This document shows positions 1 to 11,200 of a stretch of DNA of 64,000 nt, piece by piece. Source of the stretch: Poseidonia sp. (GTDB lineage: Archaea; Thermoplasmatota; Poseidoniia; Poseidoniales; Poseidoniaceae). The translations under genes and the position numbers were made by a program. Each line of letters starts with the position of its first letter. The first letter of the stretch is position 1. The notes under the pieces were generated by a model. The model was not told where the DNA came from. It was given only the letters and a program-made list of their open reading frames with translations, and searched no databases. The DNA lies in NCBI GenBank assembly GCA_030827475.1, contig JAUREJ010000003.1, forward strand, positions 6,648 through 70,647, read 5' to 3'.

Positions 1-573
1 GTTCAAGAATTGAACAACCTGCCTCCTCCCAACACCGCTTCCTCGCAAGTTAACGCCTTGATCAACATCATGCAGTTCAGCATCGTTCAGGTTGAAGCCG
101 TTGAGCCCTTCGTCCAGTTGATGCCCAAGACCGACAAGAACTTCCAGTTCAAGGTGTACAACTTTGGCAACCAAATCGACCGAATGAAGATCGGTGTGAC
201 GGAAAACACGCGTGACACGCTCGAAGAGGCTGGCTTCACCGTCAACCTCCCACAAAACGTGGTCACCATTGAGCCAAACACCGCTCCAGAGACCGCTCGA
301 ATCATGGTCCGCACGCCAAAGAACCAGGGTTGGTCCGATGCTTATCACGTTCTGGAGTTCTACGCTGAATCCGAGTTTGCCTGCCAAAACGGAGGCTGCA
401 ACCGAGAGTCCCAGATGATCACGGTCTACGTTCGTGGCGTCTACCTTCCGGGCTTCGAAATCGTCCCAGCTCTCTCGATGTTTGCTCTTGCCGGCGCTGT
501 TGCCGGACGACGATTCCTCAACACCGAGGATGAAGAGGATCTTGAGTGGCGCGAAGCCGCTCCCGGCTTGTGA
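1..573 (+). CDS. 3' part of a secreted surface protein with a PGF-CTERM (archaeosortase) sorting signal; 5'-truncated by the window
   Basis: The frame is open from the window edge. Beta-rich Ig-like sequence (FQFKVYNFGNQID...) ends in LPGF + hydrophobic helix (EIVPALSMFALAGAVAG) + RR. Confidence 0.75.
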   Translation, partial: VQELNNLPPPNTASSQVNALINIMQFSIVQVEAVEPFVQLMPKTDKNFQFKVYNFGNQIDRMKIGVTENTRDTLEEAGFTVNLPQNVVTIEPNTAPETARIMVRTPKNQGWSDAYHVLEFYAESEFACQNGGCNRESQMITVYVRGVYLPGFEIVPALSMFALAGAVAGRRFLNTEDEEDLEWREAAPGL

Positions 574-622
574 CGCACGGTCACCAAACCGCCCCCTCCA
601 GAATCAACGAGGGGTTGCCTTC

Positions 623-639
623 TTAACGCCAATCGTTAA
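623..639. promoter_or_regulatory. Inverted repeat TTAACG-N5-CGTTAA overlapping the putative TATA element of the 664 gene
   Basis: Perfect 6-bp dyad; TTAAA at 636 lies 28 nt upstream of ATG 664. Confidence 0.4.
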
Positions 640-663
640 ACGGGTAAGCGACGGGGAAGGACC

Positions 664-1899
664 ATGGGTGGCCTGTTGGACAAAGCGAACGCGACAAAAG
701 AAGCCGTTATCGAAGATGAACCCGCACCGGTGGTCATTGCGAAATCTGAAGCAGCGAAAGCACCCTCGGACAATCCCGGCGTTCTTGTCGGTGGAAGCGG
801 ATCGGGCTCTCCCGACACCGCGACCAAGATGAGTTTGGCGGGTTGGGTCATCATTTTGGTTGGCGCCATTCTTTCCCTCCAGGGAGGTGCTTGGGGCTTT
901 GCCGTTGTTGCGGTTGTTGTCGTCCTCGGTGTCGGTGCCATCGTTCAGGCCGAGCGCATGCGAGGCAGCATCAACCAAGTCAAGCTCGGGGCAAGCGTCG
1001 TTGTTGCGTTGCTCATTGCAACCACGCCGTACGCCGCTGTGATGTTGGTGCCAACCAACGCCTCGATGGCCATCACCGATGTGGCTCTCAACGAAGACAC
1101 CAACCAAATCACGTTCAAGATTCGAGGGACCATGTCAAGCGTGGATGTCTCCATTGAAGCGGACGGTGTTGAGGTGTTCGCTGAATCGGCTTCCGTTTCC
1201 AACGATGTCAAAAATTTCAAGGTTGATATTTCCGATATTTTCCAAGGCAATGCTCGGAATTACGAGGGCCAGGAACTGATAGATTACGTCATTAAAGCAA
1301 CCGGGTCGGACGGCTCAAACGAAGAGGTGCTCATCAATCACGACTTGCTGGTTCGCGAGGCCATGAACGGGGGAGTTCGTTTTGCCCACGTCTTGGAAAC
1401 CACAGGCGGCGGAGGGTCCGGAGGTACTTCTTCGGACACCGAAGTCAAAGGCATTTCCATTGAGATTGCGGCCGGTGTGTATTCAGACAGCGAAACCAAC
1501 CGCAACGGAGGCGGCCACAGCATCTCAAGCGATATCAACTATCCTTTCATGAGCGGGGACTACACGGTCGATGTCAAAATCAAAAAGGACGGTGATCAAG
1601 AGTGGTCCCACAGCACCATTTCGGTTGACGGCGATACGGCATCGTGGTCCAGTCCGTCAGGCGGTTCCTCCGGCGGCTCCATGCGGGGATGGTTAGCGCT
1701 TTCAGGGGACGCCCAGAGTTCCACGGGAGTCGCTTACCTTTCGAAAGACTCATTCTACAGTGGCGAAGGTTGCTATGAGTTTGAGGTGAGCATCACAAAC
1801 GAGGTGTACGCCGACGGCCCAACCCAAGTCTTCTCCAACAGTTGGAAGATAGATTGGGATGGGGAAAATGACGAAGATGCCACCTACGACACTTGCTGA
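664..1899 (+). CDS. Hypothetical membrane protein (N-terminal soluble segment, ~3 TM helices, acidic Gly/Ser-rich beta domain)
   Basis: 411-aa ORF with hydrophobic segments at aa ~57-130 and an acidic C-terminal region. Confidence 0.75.
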   Translation: MGGLLDKANATKEAVIEDEPAPVVIAKSEAAKAPSDNPGVLVGGSGSGSPDTATKMSLAGWVIILVGAILSLQGGAWGFAVVAVVVVLGVGAIVQAERMRGSINQVKLGASVVVALLIATTPYAAVMLVPTNASMAITDVALNEDTNQITFKIRGTMSSVDVSIEADGVEVFAESASVSNDVKNFKVDISDIFQGNARNYEGQELIDYVIKATGSDGSNEEVLINHDLLVREAMNGGVRFAHVLETTGGGGSGGTSSDTEVKGISIEIAAGVYSDSETNRNGGGHSISSDINYPFMSGDYTVDVKIKKDGDQEWSHSTISVDGDTASWSSPSGGSSGGSMRGWLALSGDAQSSTGVAYLSKDSFYSGEGCYEFEVSITNEVYADGPTQVFSNSWKIDWDGENDEDATYDTC

Positions 1900-1957
1900 A
1901 GCCAACGAACACATGCTTTGGCGGGTTCGCCCCTAACCGGTTCAGTGTCGTTTGGCT
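1900..1957. terminator. Imperfect stem-loop between convergent genes
   Basis: agccaacgaacac (1900-1912) can pair with gtgtcgtttggct (1945-1957), about 12 bp with two bulges, enclosing an inner ggcg-ggtt-cgcc hairpin. Confidence 0.3.
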
Positions 1958-2014
1958 CGCCAAGCCGTCTCGTCTTGGATGTGAAGGTCGTGGATGCTCT
2001 CTGCTTCCGAGGCT

Positions 2015-3709
2015 TCATTGGTCTTTTTCCTCGTCCTCAACCGACGGCCTTTCGTCCATCGGTTTACTGAAGTCTTCCGGAGTTTTCTTGGATTGAGCCG
2101 AGATGTAAAGGGCGAGACCACCAAAGCCAACGAGGGCGACGATGAGGATGATGAGGGGGAACTCCTCCACCTCTTCTTCGTACGACCACGTCACGGGTTC
2201 AGAGGCTGCGCCTGCATCGTCGTGAACAGCGCCTGCAATGCCGTCCAGGGCGGTGGGCAGCAAAGGCTTGCACGTCAAGGTGGCTTCACCAGAGGTGTAG
2301 ACATACCACGTGAAGGGAATTTCCTTGGATTCGCCTGCCCCCAAACTCACGACCATTTGCGTGGTGTCGGCAATGTCTTCGCCCTCGTAACACCAGACGT
2401 TCACGCCCGAGGCAGCAGCGCTGCCGGTGTTTTCAACGGTCACGGTTCCGGAGACGCTCTTGTTGGCCACACCAACCGTTGTTTCCGGAGCGACGGCCGT
2501 GACGGTGATGTAGGGCAAGTCGAGTTCGATGGTCCCGGTTGAGGTGGTGGGGGCATCGATGGTTTTGGAGAACGTTCCCCAACTGCTGGAGATGGAAAGG
2601 GTGATGGTTGCCTCTTCTTCGTGAACCACGCCGTTGCCGTCCATCCAAGCCACCATGCGCTTGTTCTCGTTGGTCTCGCCCGGGCCAACGAGCACGATGT
2701 CTCCGTTGGCGTCCGTCAAGTCGTTCCAATCGTTGGCGTTGTAGCCGATGTTGTAGATGTCGAGGCTGCCGTTGGGAATGTTGGTGCTCAATGTCCGCTG
2801 AGAGAGAATTCGGACCCAAGCGTCGGTTGTGCCCCCGGTCCCTTGGCTGTTGGTGTACGTGATGCCGGCTTCGTCGTGAAGCACGATGTCTTCGTCCGTT
2901 CGAGACCCGCTGATGATGGAATTGAGGACGCTGACCGTGGATGTGCTGGCGGCGTGAATCGGTGCGCTTCCCGTCAGGCTGGTGCCGTCAAACGAACAGA
3001 TCGCAGCACACGAAATGTTCCCGCCGAGGATGGTGGAGCTCGTGACGGTCAAGTCGCCGTGGGCGTGAAGGTCGAAACCTGATTGGAACCAGTAGAGCGG
3101 TGCCTCGGAGGCGGAGATGTCTTGCGCAGGGATTGTCATCGTATCGCCTCCGCTGTGTATGGCCTTCGCCCAGAGCACGTAGGTTGGCGTGAAATAGGCG
3201 GTTTCAACGGAAATTTCCAGGTCGGTCCCGTTGAGCGGGACATCGAATTCAACGGTATCGGATCCTGAAGCGTTGACGGTGGTCTCACCGTAGGTGAAGT
3301 TGACTTTCACGCCGTCGGCGACGACGTGGTTGAGCTTGAGTTGGACAACGCCCGATTCTGCGATGTCACCGAAATTCAAAGTTAACACGGCAGGAACAAA
3401 ACTGTTCACTTCGACCCGGAGGCCAGCGTTCAGGTTTTCGCTGAGCAAGGCACCGTTGGTCAACACCAACTGGCCCCCATCTTCAACGGTGATGGAGGAC
3501 CCCGTCGCCATGGTGATGTTTGCACTCACGGTCAATGTGTTTCCGCTTTCAACCGTGACGTGCCCGTCCATCCTCGTGTCTTCAGTCCAGGCTTCGTTCG
3601 TTTGAACGGTGGTGCTGTCACCGTTTGACGGCGGACTGGCTGATGCGGCCATCGACGACATCAGAAGCAGGGTCATCATCAACAGGGCTCGGTAAGGTAG
3701 GTCTCGCAT
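2015..3709 (-). CDS. Secreted, C-terminally anchored surface protein (beta-helix-like N-terminus, CARDB-like Ig domain)
   Basis: Signal peptide from ATG 3709 (MRDLPYRALLMMTLLLMSSMAASA); CARDB-like VTVENTGS...LGAGESKEIPFTW; C-terminal TM followed by KK. Confidence 0.75.
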   Translation of the reverse strand: MRDLPYRALLMMTLLLMSSMAASASPPSNGDSTTVQTNEAWTEDTRMDGHVTVESGNTLTVSANITMATGSSITVEDGGQLVLTNGALLSENLNAGLRVEVNSFVPAVLTLNFGDIAESGVVQLKLNHVVADGVKVNFTYGETTVNASGSDTVEFDVPLNGTDLEISVETAYFTPTYVLWAKAIHSGGDTMTIPAQDISASEAPLYWFQSGFDLHAHGDLTVTSSTILGGNISCAAICSFDGTSLTGSAPIHAASTSTVSVLNSIISGSRTDEDIVLHDEAGITYTNSQGTGGTTDAWVRILSQRTLSTNIPNGSLDIYNIGYNANDWNDLTDANGDIVLVGPGETNENKRMVAWMDGNGVVHEEEATITLSISSSWGTFSKTIDAPTTSTGTIELDLPYITVTAVAPETTVGVANKSVSGTVTVENTGSAAASGVNVWCYEGEDIADTTQMVVSLGAGESKEIPFTWYVYTSGEATLTCKPLLPTALDGIAGAVHDDAGAASEPVTWSYEEEVEEFPLIILIVALVGFGGLALYISAQSKKTPEDFSKPMDERPSVEDEEKDQ

Positions 3710-3810
3710 GATGAAAAGCAGAGGTGGCGGATGAATAAGCGTTCTTCCGTCCGCGGGTGGCGAAGAGCGCATCGCGAAGGGATTATGCGTTGCCGCTTCA
3801 TCCAGCAGCC

Positions 3811-5085
3811 ATGGAAGCAGCCTCGGTTTTGGTCGTTGGGAGCGGAGGTCGAGAACACGCCCTCTGCTTGGCTTTGAACGAATCTCGACGGGTTTCCGCC
3901 CTCCACTGTGTTCCGGGGAACGCAGGTACGGCCCTTCTCGCTACGAATCACGATGTTGGAGTGACGGAAAGCGAACTGATGCCGCTCATCGCATCGCTCA
4001 GCATCGATCTGGTTGTGGTTGGGCCCGAGGCCCCGCTTTGTGCTGGGCTTGCAGACGCTTGCGCAGCGGCCAATATTCCATGTTTTGGACCCGTCGCAGC
4101 ACTCGCCCATCTGGAGGGTTCAAAGCTGCACGCCAAAGAAACGATGCAAGCAGCAGGTGTGCCCACCGCCGATTATGTGCGCTTGGATGCCTCAAGCGAC
4201 GTGGAAGCAGCGCTCGATGCCTACTCAGGCAAGCCCTGGGTGGTCAAGAGGGACGTCCTCGCTGGAGGCAAAGGCGTGGTGGTGACGTCCGACCGAGAAG
4301 AAGCAAAAGCCTTCATCCATTCTTCTGTGGCCACCGATGGGTTTGTTTTGCTCGAAGCCTTTCTCCCTGGGGAAGAAGCGAGCATGCTCGTGGTCATGGA
4401 CGGGACGGCCTTTCGCACCCTTCCAGCCAGTCAAGACCACAAACGTGCTTACGACGGGGATGAAGGCCCCAACACGGGTGGCATGGGTGCATATTGCCCC
4501 GCTCCGGTGGTGTCGCAGGCCGTCCACGCTCGCATCGTTGAGCGCATCGTTGAGCCCATGCACCGCCACCTTGCCTCCCAACCCGTGCCCTACCGAGGCG
4601 TGCTCTTCATCGGGCTGATGATCGATGATAACGACGACCCTTTCGTTGTTGAGTTCAATGTACGGTTCGGCGATCCAGAGTGTCAAGTGACGCTTCCGTT
4701 GCTCAAGACCGACGTTTTTTCGCTGCTTTACGGGGCCGCTACCGACGAGCTTCATACCGTGGAACTCAACGTGTCCGATGAAACGGCGGTGACGGTGGTT
4801 CTGGCTTCGGAAGGCTATCCCGCCTCCCCCTTCAAGGGGCGTCGGTTGGATGGCCTTGAAGCGTGCATTGCCCGTTCAAAATACGGAATTGCTTGGGTCA
4901 ATTTTGCGGGTGTTGGCCTCGCAGATGACGGCGAATACATCGCCACCGGAGGCCGGGTTCTCTCAACAACTGCACAGGGAGCGAACCTCCAATTTGCACG
5001 AGCGAATGCATACGAAATGATGGACCAAATTTCCCTTCAAGGAGGCCACTTCCGGACCGATATAGGTCACCGAGCCTTGCCGTGA
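3811..5085 (+). CDS. purD: Phosphoribosylamine--glycine ligase
   Basis: Motifs [72 protein letters not shown]. Confidence 0.97.
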   Translation: MEAASVLVVGSGGREHALCLALNESRRVSALHCVPGNAGTALLATNHDVGVTESELMPLIASLSIDLVVVGPEAPLCAGLADACAAANIPCFGPVAALAHLEGSKLHAKETMQAAGVPTADYVRLDASSDVEAALDAYSGKPWVVKRDVLAGGKGVVVTSDREEAKAFIHSSVATDGFVLLEAFLPGEEASMLVVMDGTAFRTLPASQDHKRAYDGDEGPNTGGMGAYCPAPVVSQAVHARIVERIVEPMHRHLASQPVPYRGVLFIGLMIDDNDDPFVVEFNVRFGDPECQVTLPLLKTDVFSLLYGAATDELHTVELNVSDETAVTVVLASEGYPASPFKGRRLDGLEACIARSKYGIAWVNFAGVGLADDGEYIATGGRVLSTTAQGANLQFARANAYEMMDQISLQGGHFRTDIGHRALP

Positions 5086-5232
5086 TTTCTTTAAGAATGA
5101 AAGTCGCCTCGGAGCATCGTAAAGCGCAGACTGGGGCACAATGCCGGGTCGTGTGTTCCATTATCTTCAAAAGGGGTTCAGAAGTGGCCAACGACGCCAG
5201 CCTTGAGGCTGGACCGAAATTGAGGGATAGAA

Positions 5233-8200
5233 ATGGAAGAACATACGGAAACGACGGCAAATCAGCCCGGCGCCATCATGGGGTTGCTGCTCGCACCCTT
5301 GGCCGTGCTGCTTGCTCTTGCCACCACCCGAGTCGTGGGCATTGAATACGACTTGACATTGAACAACATGATGCCGATGCTCGTCGTCGCCATCGCCAGT
5401 ATGCTGGCTCTCGTGCCACGCATCGTTCAGGACGCTCGACCCGAATTCGCCTCTTCCACCCTTTCCCTCGGCGTGCTTGCAATCGCGTTCTTCGGTGCTG
5501 AGGTGCTCCACTCCTTCTTGGGCGTTGACGCTCTTGCTGCGCTGATGTTTGCTGTTCTTGTGGTTTTGGGGTCAAACTTTGACCGCCGTGGGCGCCACGA
5601 GTGGGTCGCCATGATGACCTTCTCTGGCGTTGGGTTTTGGCTCGCCCTCGCTGCGGCAGGGGATGCCCTCGCTGCGCTCCCCTCAACGTACACGATGGAG
5701 AGCGGCCAACTCGTCTCGACCATGAACCTTGAGCGTCAAGCCACGGCTTACGTCTTCTTTGCTTACTGGACGATGTTCACGGTCGTAGGCGTTTTGGCTG
5801 GCGTGCTCGCTCGAGGCACGGTCAACCCCGCAGGCGCTGAGGGCTGGTTTGCCTTCCTCGGCCAACACGACGGTTTCAACCGCGCCAACCTGCCGCTCGT
5901 CATCGCCCTCGTCGTTTGGGTGCTCGCCTTCGTTGGCTCCTTGTTCCACTTCAATTCGGTGGACACGATTGACCAGTTGGCCATCACCACCGAAGCAGGT
6001 TACCACGGCTACATCGGCTACTGGACGGCATTTTTGACCGGTTTAGTGGCTCTCATCGTCGCCGGCATGTGCGCCGAGCGATGGTACACCCGCGCCATGC
6101 TCGTGGGTTCCATGTGGGGACTTTACCAAGTCGCTGCTTGGTTTGAAGCCGGTATTTGGTACAACGAAGACATGGACGGCACATGGGGTGCGCTGATCTG
6201 GCTCGGTATCACGTTCTTTTTGGGCGTGGGCATTTACTCCATCGGCAACCACGAAAAGTACGGTGGATGGGCTAACCTTGGCGAGCACGAGCCCTCTCAG
6301 GCTCGCCTGTTCCTCCGGGCACACGGAGCGGGCTTGATGATCGCTCTTGCCTTCTTGGTCGGCCTTGCCATTCGAATTCAATGGTACGCCGTGCCCTCAA
6401 TGAACGCCTTCGGAACCGGAAACTGGGACATGACGGGGGGTTCGGACCCTTGGTACATGAAGCGCGTGGTTGATTACATCCTGGCAAACAACGCTCACTT
6501 GGTGTTCGATGCCGACCGATTCTATCCCATTGGCGGCATCAACCCTCGTCCCCCGCTCTTCTCATGGACCATGGCCATCGGTGCGATGTTCTTGGAGCCC
6601 TTCCTCAACACGCCTGAAGATGCTGTTTGGTGGAGCATGCTCGCTCTACCCGCTGTCTACGGTGCGCTGACCGTGTTCCCCATCGCCATCATCGCCAAAG
6701 ATCACTTTGGAAAGGGTGCAGGCGTCATCGCAGCATGGCTCATCGCCTTCATGCCCGCTCACGTCACCCACTCCACGTGGGCGCTCGCTGACCACGACTC
6801 CTTTGTGATGCTCTTCATCTCGGTCGGCTTCTTGTATTGGCTGCGTGCGGTGAAGTACGCTGGCTCGGCTCGAATTACAAAAGTCACCACGGCGCATCCA
6901 AAGTCCTTCTTCCAGGCTTACCTGGACGTGCTTGCACACCGTCAGGCAGCCGTCGCCAACGCCGTGCTCGCCGGTGTCGCCTTTGGTATCGTTTCCCTGG
7001 GTTGGAAAGGGTTCGTTGTTGGGCCATCGATTTTGTTCCTCGCCTATGCCTTGCAGGTGGCCTTGAACATGTTCCGCCGAAGAGATTCAACCACGCTGAG
7101 TGCGCTTTTCCTCACGATGCTTTTGACGACCTTCCTGATGGCACTGCCCTTCTACGGTCACCCGGAATTCGACTTGATTCTCAACCCCACCGGGCTGCAA
7201 CCCTTCCTGTTCATTTCCGGATTCACCCTGGCCATTGCCTTCGTGACCACCGGATTCCGTGACAAACCTTGGTTGCTCGTGCTGGGCACGCTGGTTGGAT
7301 TGGCCGCAGTCTTCTTCATTCTGCTGTACATCCTCAAGACATTGGAACTCTCAAACGCATGGGATGTCCTGTTCACGGGAAGCGGTTACTTCACGAAGAC
7401 CAAGATTTTCGGTACGGTTGCTGAAGCCAACGCTCCGAACCGAGCCCAACTCTTTGCTTCCTTCGGACCCATCACGTTCTTGCTTGCGCTCATCATCGGC
7501 GGCGGGCTGCTCTGGAAGGGTCTTCGATATCGCAAAGGCACGGAACTCGTGTTCGGTGTTTGGGTCTTCGCAGCCACCTTCATGGCTTGGAACGCTGCTC
7601 GGTTCATGTTCAACGCCACTCCCGTGATGGCCGTTCTCGGTGCTGCGGGTATCGTTGCACTTTGGCAGTGGGCCAACTGGAGCGGTTTGGTTCGTTCGTG
7701 GAAGAAATTCGGCATCCGAACCCCAGCTGACCGCATCACTGGCGCACGAAAGGCCGTTTGGCGGACGCCACAATTCTCGGCGATTTTCCTTGTCATGATC
7801 ATGATTTTCAGCCAACAAGCCACCTACGGCTTGGACTCTGCGATCCCCGGGACTTCGAACCAAGAGGGAGAAATCGACGAGCGAATCTACAACGTCGTCC
7901 CCGATATCCTGCGTTTTGATGCCCTAGGTTTCTCGGTGCTCGACAGCAGCAACTACGACGGTCGTTGGTACTTGGGCAGCTTTGGTTCTTCGTTCAACGA
8001 TAACGGTTGGAACGCGGCGTACGAATGGCTCGCCAACCAAGATACGGACATGAAGTATTCAGAAAAGCCGGCCTTCGTATCGTGGTGGGACTACGGTTTC
8101 CAAGCCATGAGCACCGGTGAGCACCCGTCGGTATCGGACAACTTCCAGTCCGGCATCCCGGCAACAGGGAACATGCTTTTGGCACGAAACCAAGATGACC

Positions 8201-11200
8201 TGACAGCGATGTTCATCTGGCAGCTTGCGGAAGGCGACCGTACCTACGCAACCACCGACAATTCGAACCACAAGTTCACGCCGACTTTCCAGAACACCGT
8301 GGACAAGTACCTCAACGACGCACAGATGGAGGACTTCGTGACGATGCAAACCACGTTTGACGAGACCATGATCGACTTCATTGAACTCCGTTCGTTCAGC
8401 GTCGTGAAGGCCAACCGAAACATCGTGATGGCGGAGGGACACCCCTCCACCGCCGGTGTCTTTGATGCTGACACCACGATTTACCGCATCTACAAAGACG
8501 GCGTTCCCCTCCCATGTACTGAGGAATTCTCCTCTTCCTGTTTGGGTGATGCTTGGTCGTCCATGAGCGAGGCCAACATCACGTTCACGAACAACATCCG
8601 CACACCGGACGAAACTGTCAATGGACGGACACACTCCATCTTTGGCGATTACTGGTACACGGCAGACCTCATCGATGAGTACCTTTCGGTCTCGACCAAC
8701 ATCCACCGAACGAACGCCCGATTGGCCATGATGACGCAACTCTTGACCGAAGCCTTTGATGCCCACCCAACCGCCACCATCCACGACCTCTACAACGACC
8801 TCATCGGCTTGGAGGGCCTTTACCGTGTTCAAGACTACGAAGGCAAACCCGGAGAGACCATTTCTCGTGACCACGAGATTCGGTATTTCGCCATCGATGA
8901 CCGACTCTACCCTCGCGCGGGGCGCTACACAGCTGACTCGAATTACAACCGTGGCCAACCGATGGGCATTTTCGGTGCCCCAACCATCCTTTCTGGACAA
9001 GACATCGGGACGTACATGGACGAGGTTTACGAGACCGTCCGCGGCGACTTCCAAGACGAGATGACGCGAGAAGAGGTTGACGAAGCCATGCAGAAGGATT
9101 TCCTTAACCAGCAAGCTGGGGCCGATATTGACCCGTTGCAGATTCAGGACGTCCGTGTTGATCACAACCCTGCCTTCTTCGACACGATGGTGGCTCGCAC
9201 CTACGTCGGCTACGGGGCTTCAACGCTCGGAATCAACACCGCAGCCAGCAACCCACAGCCGGCGCAACACTTCGGTCAGTCGGGTTCACCCGGCAGCGTT
9301 CTGGCAAACTCCTTGCCGCTGCCTGGAGCCATGATGAACCATTTCGTCATCTCCAACTGGTATTCGGAAGACGAAACGGTCAGCATTCAATCCACCAACA
9401 CCTTGGTGAAGATTCTGAAGTACTACCCCGGTGCAGAATTAACCGGTCAAGTGACGATGACCGATAACGGCGAGGGTCTGCCAGGCGTTCGCATCCTCAT
9501 TGAGCGCGATGCCTTCTCCGGCGAAGGCTCATCGGACAACGATGAGGACACCTATTGGATTCCCATTGGCTTTGTCGATGCGGATGACGATGGGAAGTAC
9601 AGTTTCCTCGCACCTGCTGGACGACTTCGCGTGACCGCCTTTGCCGGGGATTACGACCCAAGTGAGGCTCGTGACAACCTTCGAGACGGCTCGTATGCAG
9701 AACGATTGAGTGACATTTTGACCGACACCAACGACGACCGACAAATCAACGAAATCACGGCCATCCTCGGCCAAGTCGCCAACATGAGTTGGCTCGGAGA
9801 AGCCCAACTCAACGTGACGGCCGACCAAGCCAATCGCGTGGTGCCCATGGACCGGACCCTTGATGTCTCCATTGAGAGCAGCGGTGTGTCCGGTACCGTG
9901 ACCTGGAGCGGCGATGAAGCGTTCAACGGTGATCCGATTGCTGAAACCACGTTCATCCTCCGCAACATCTGGTCGATGACCGACAACTACACCGTCGTCA
10001 CCACCAGCGGTTCGTTTACTTCGGAGGAATCCCGTATTCTCCAAGGTACGGGCGAAGCAACGCTCACCGAGGACGGTTCATTTGACAGCGAAGGCATTGC
10101 ATTGGCCAAGAACTTCATCGGAGATTTCACGCGCGATATCGGAAACGAGCGTTCCTTCTTCGCCAACGGCACATGGAACGGAAACGGTTTGCTGGAAGCC
10201 TCATGGGTGGGCGTTGAGAACATCACTGCCTGTGAGGCCGACAACACCTCAAACGCCGTGATGCCCGCTAACGAGACGATTTGCGTTGTTGATGCAACCA
10301 CCACTCCACCAACCTACCGGTTGGAAGGAACGGTTGACGCTCAGGGGACCTTCACATCCGAGGGGACCTCCACGCTGACGCGTACCTATGGCGATGCAGA
10401 TGCAGGCCAGGGTGAAACGATTGAAGGCGCAGGTCTCTTTGAAGGGACGGGAACATTCAACGGGACCGGTCTGTTCATCGGTGTAGGAACCTTCTCTGGT
10501 CCGATGGTTGAACCCGGTTCTTTCTACAAGACCGGCTTGCTGCCCGGCACTTACAACATGATTGCACAGTTGGCCAACGGCAAGGAAGTACTCCTTCCTG
10601 ACCCCGTTGAAATCGGCGTTGTCCCCTCGTTTGATTTGCGCATGAACATGCCGGGAGCCATCTTCACCGACATCCTCTCCAACATGGTCGGCGACGGTTT
10701 GGCAAACACCACGATTGAACTGATTGACCGAGACCTTGGCGAGGACGCTGCAGTTTACATCGTAACGGATGAATTGGGTAACTTCTCCTACGGGCCCGTT
10801 GCAAAGGGCGACTACTACTACCGTGTGGACGTCGACGGAGACGGGTACTACGACCTCAACGAATCGGTCATGGTTCTCGATGACACGACCAACATCAGCC
10901 TTGCCATGGGTGTACCGGATACCGTCGATGTCACCATGACGTTGATCTCTCCCGTTGACCCGTTGACACAGGAACCGCTCTTCGATGTGTCAAACCGAAC
11001 CATTACCTTCGAAAACACTGAAGGAATTTTGCAACCGATGAACGTCACTTCGGACGAAAACGGGGAGCTCTCTATCGAGTTGCTTTACGGTGTTTGGGAT
11101 GTTCGAGATGACGCCAACCCGGACTTTGTTCTGTTTGACCAAGTTGACCTTTCACCAGGAACTGAAAACATTGTGAAGGACGTGACCTATGCTCAAGCCG

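Noticed and set aside
1900-2014. Possible tRNA or small RNA in the convergent intergenic region
   Set aside because: No cloverleaf or T-loop consensus; only an imperfect hairpin is supportable.
8059-9165. 368-aa minus-strand ORF inside aglB
   Set aside because: Antisense shadow ORF with an atypical V/H/G/R-rich composition.
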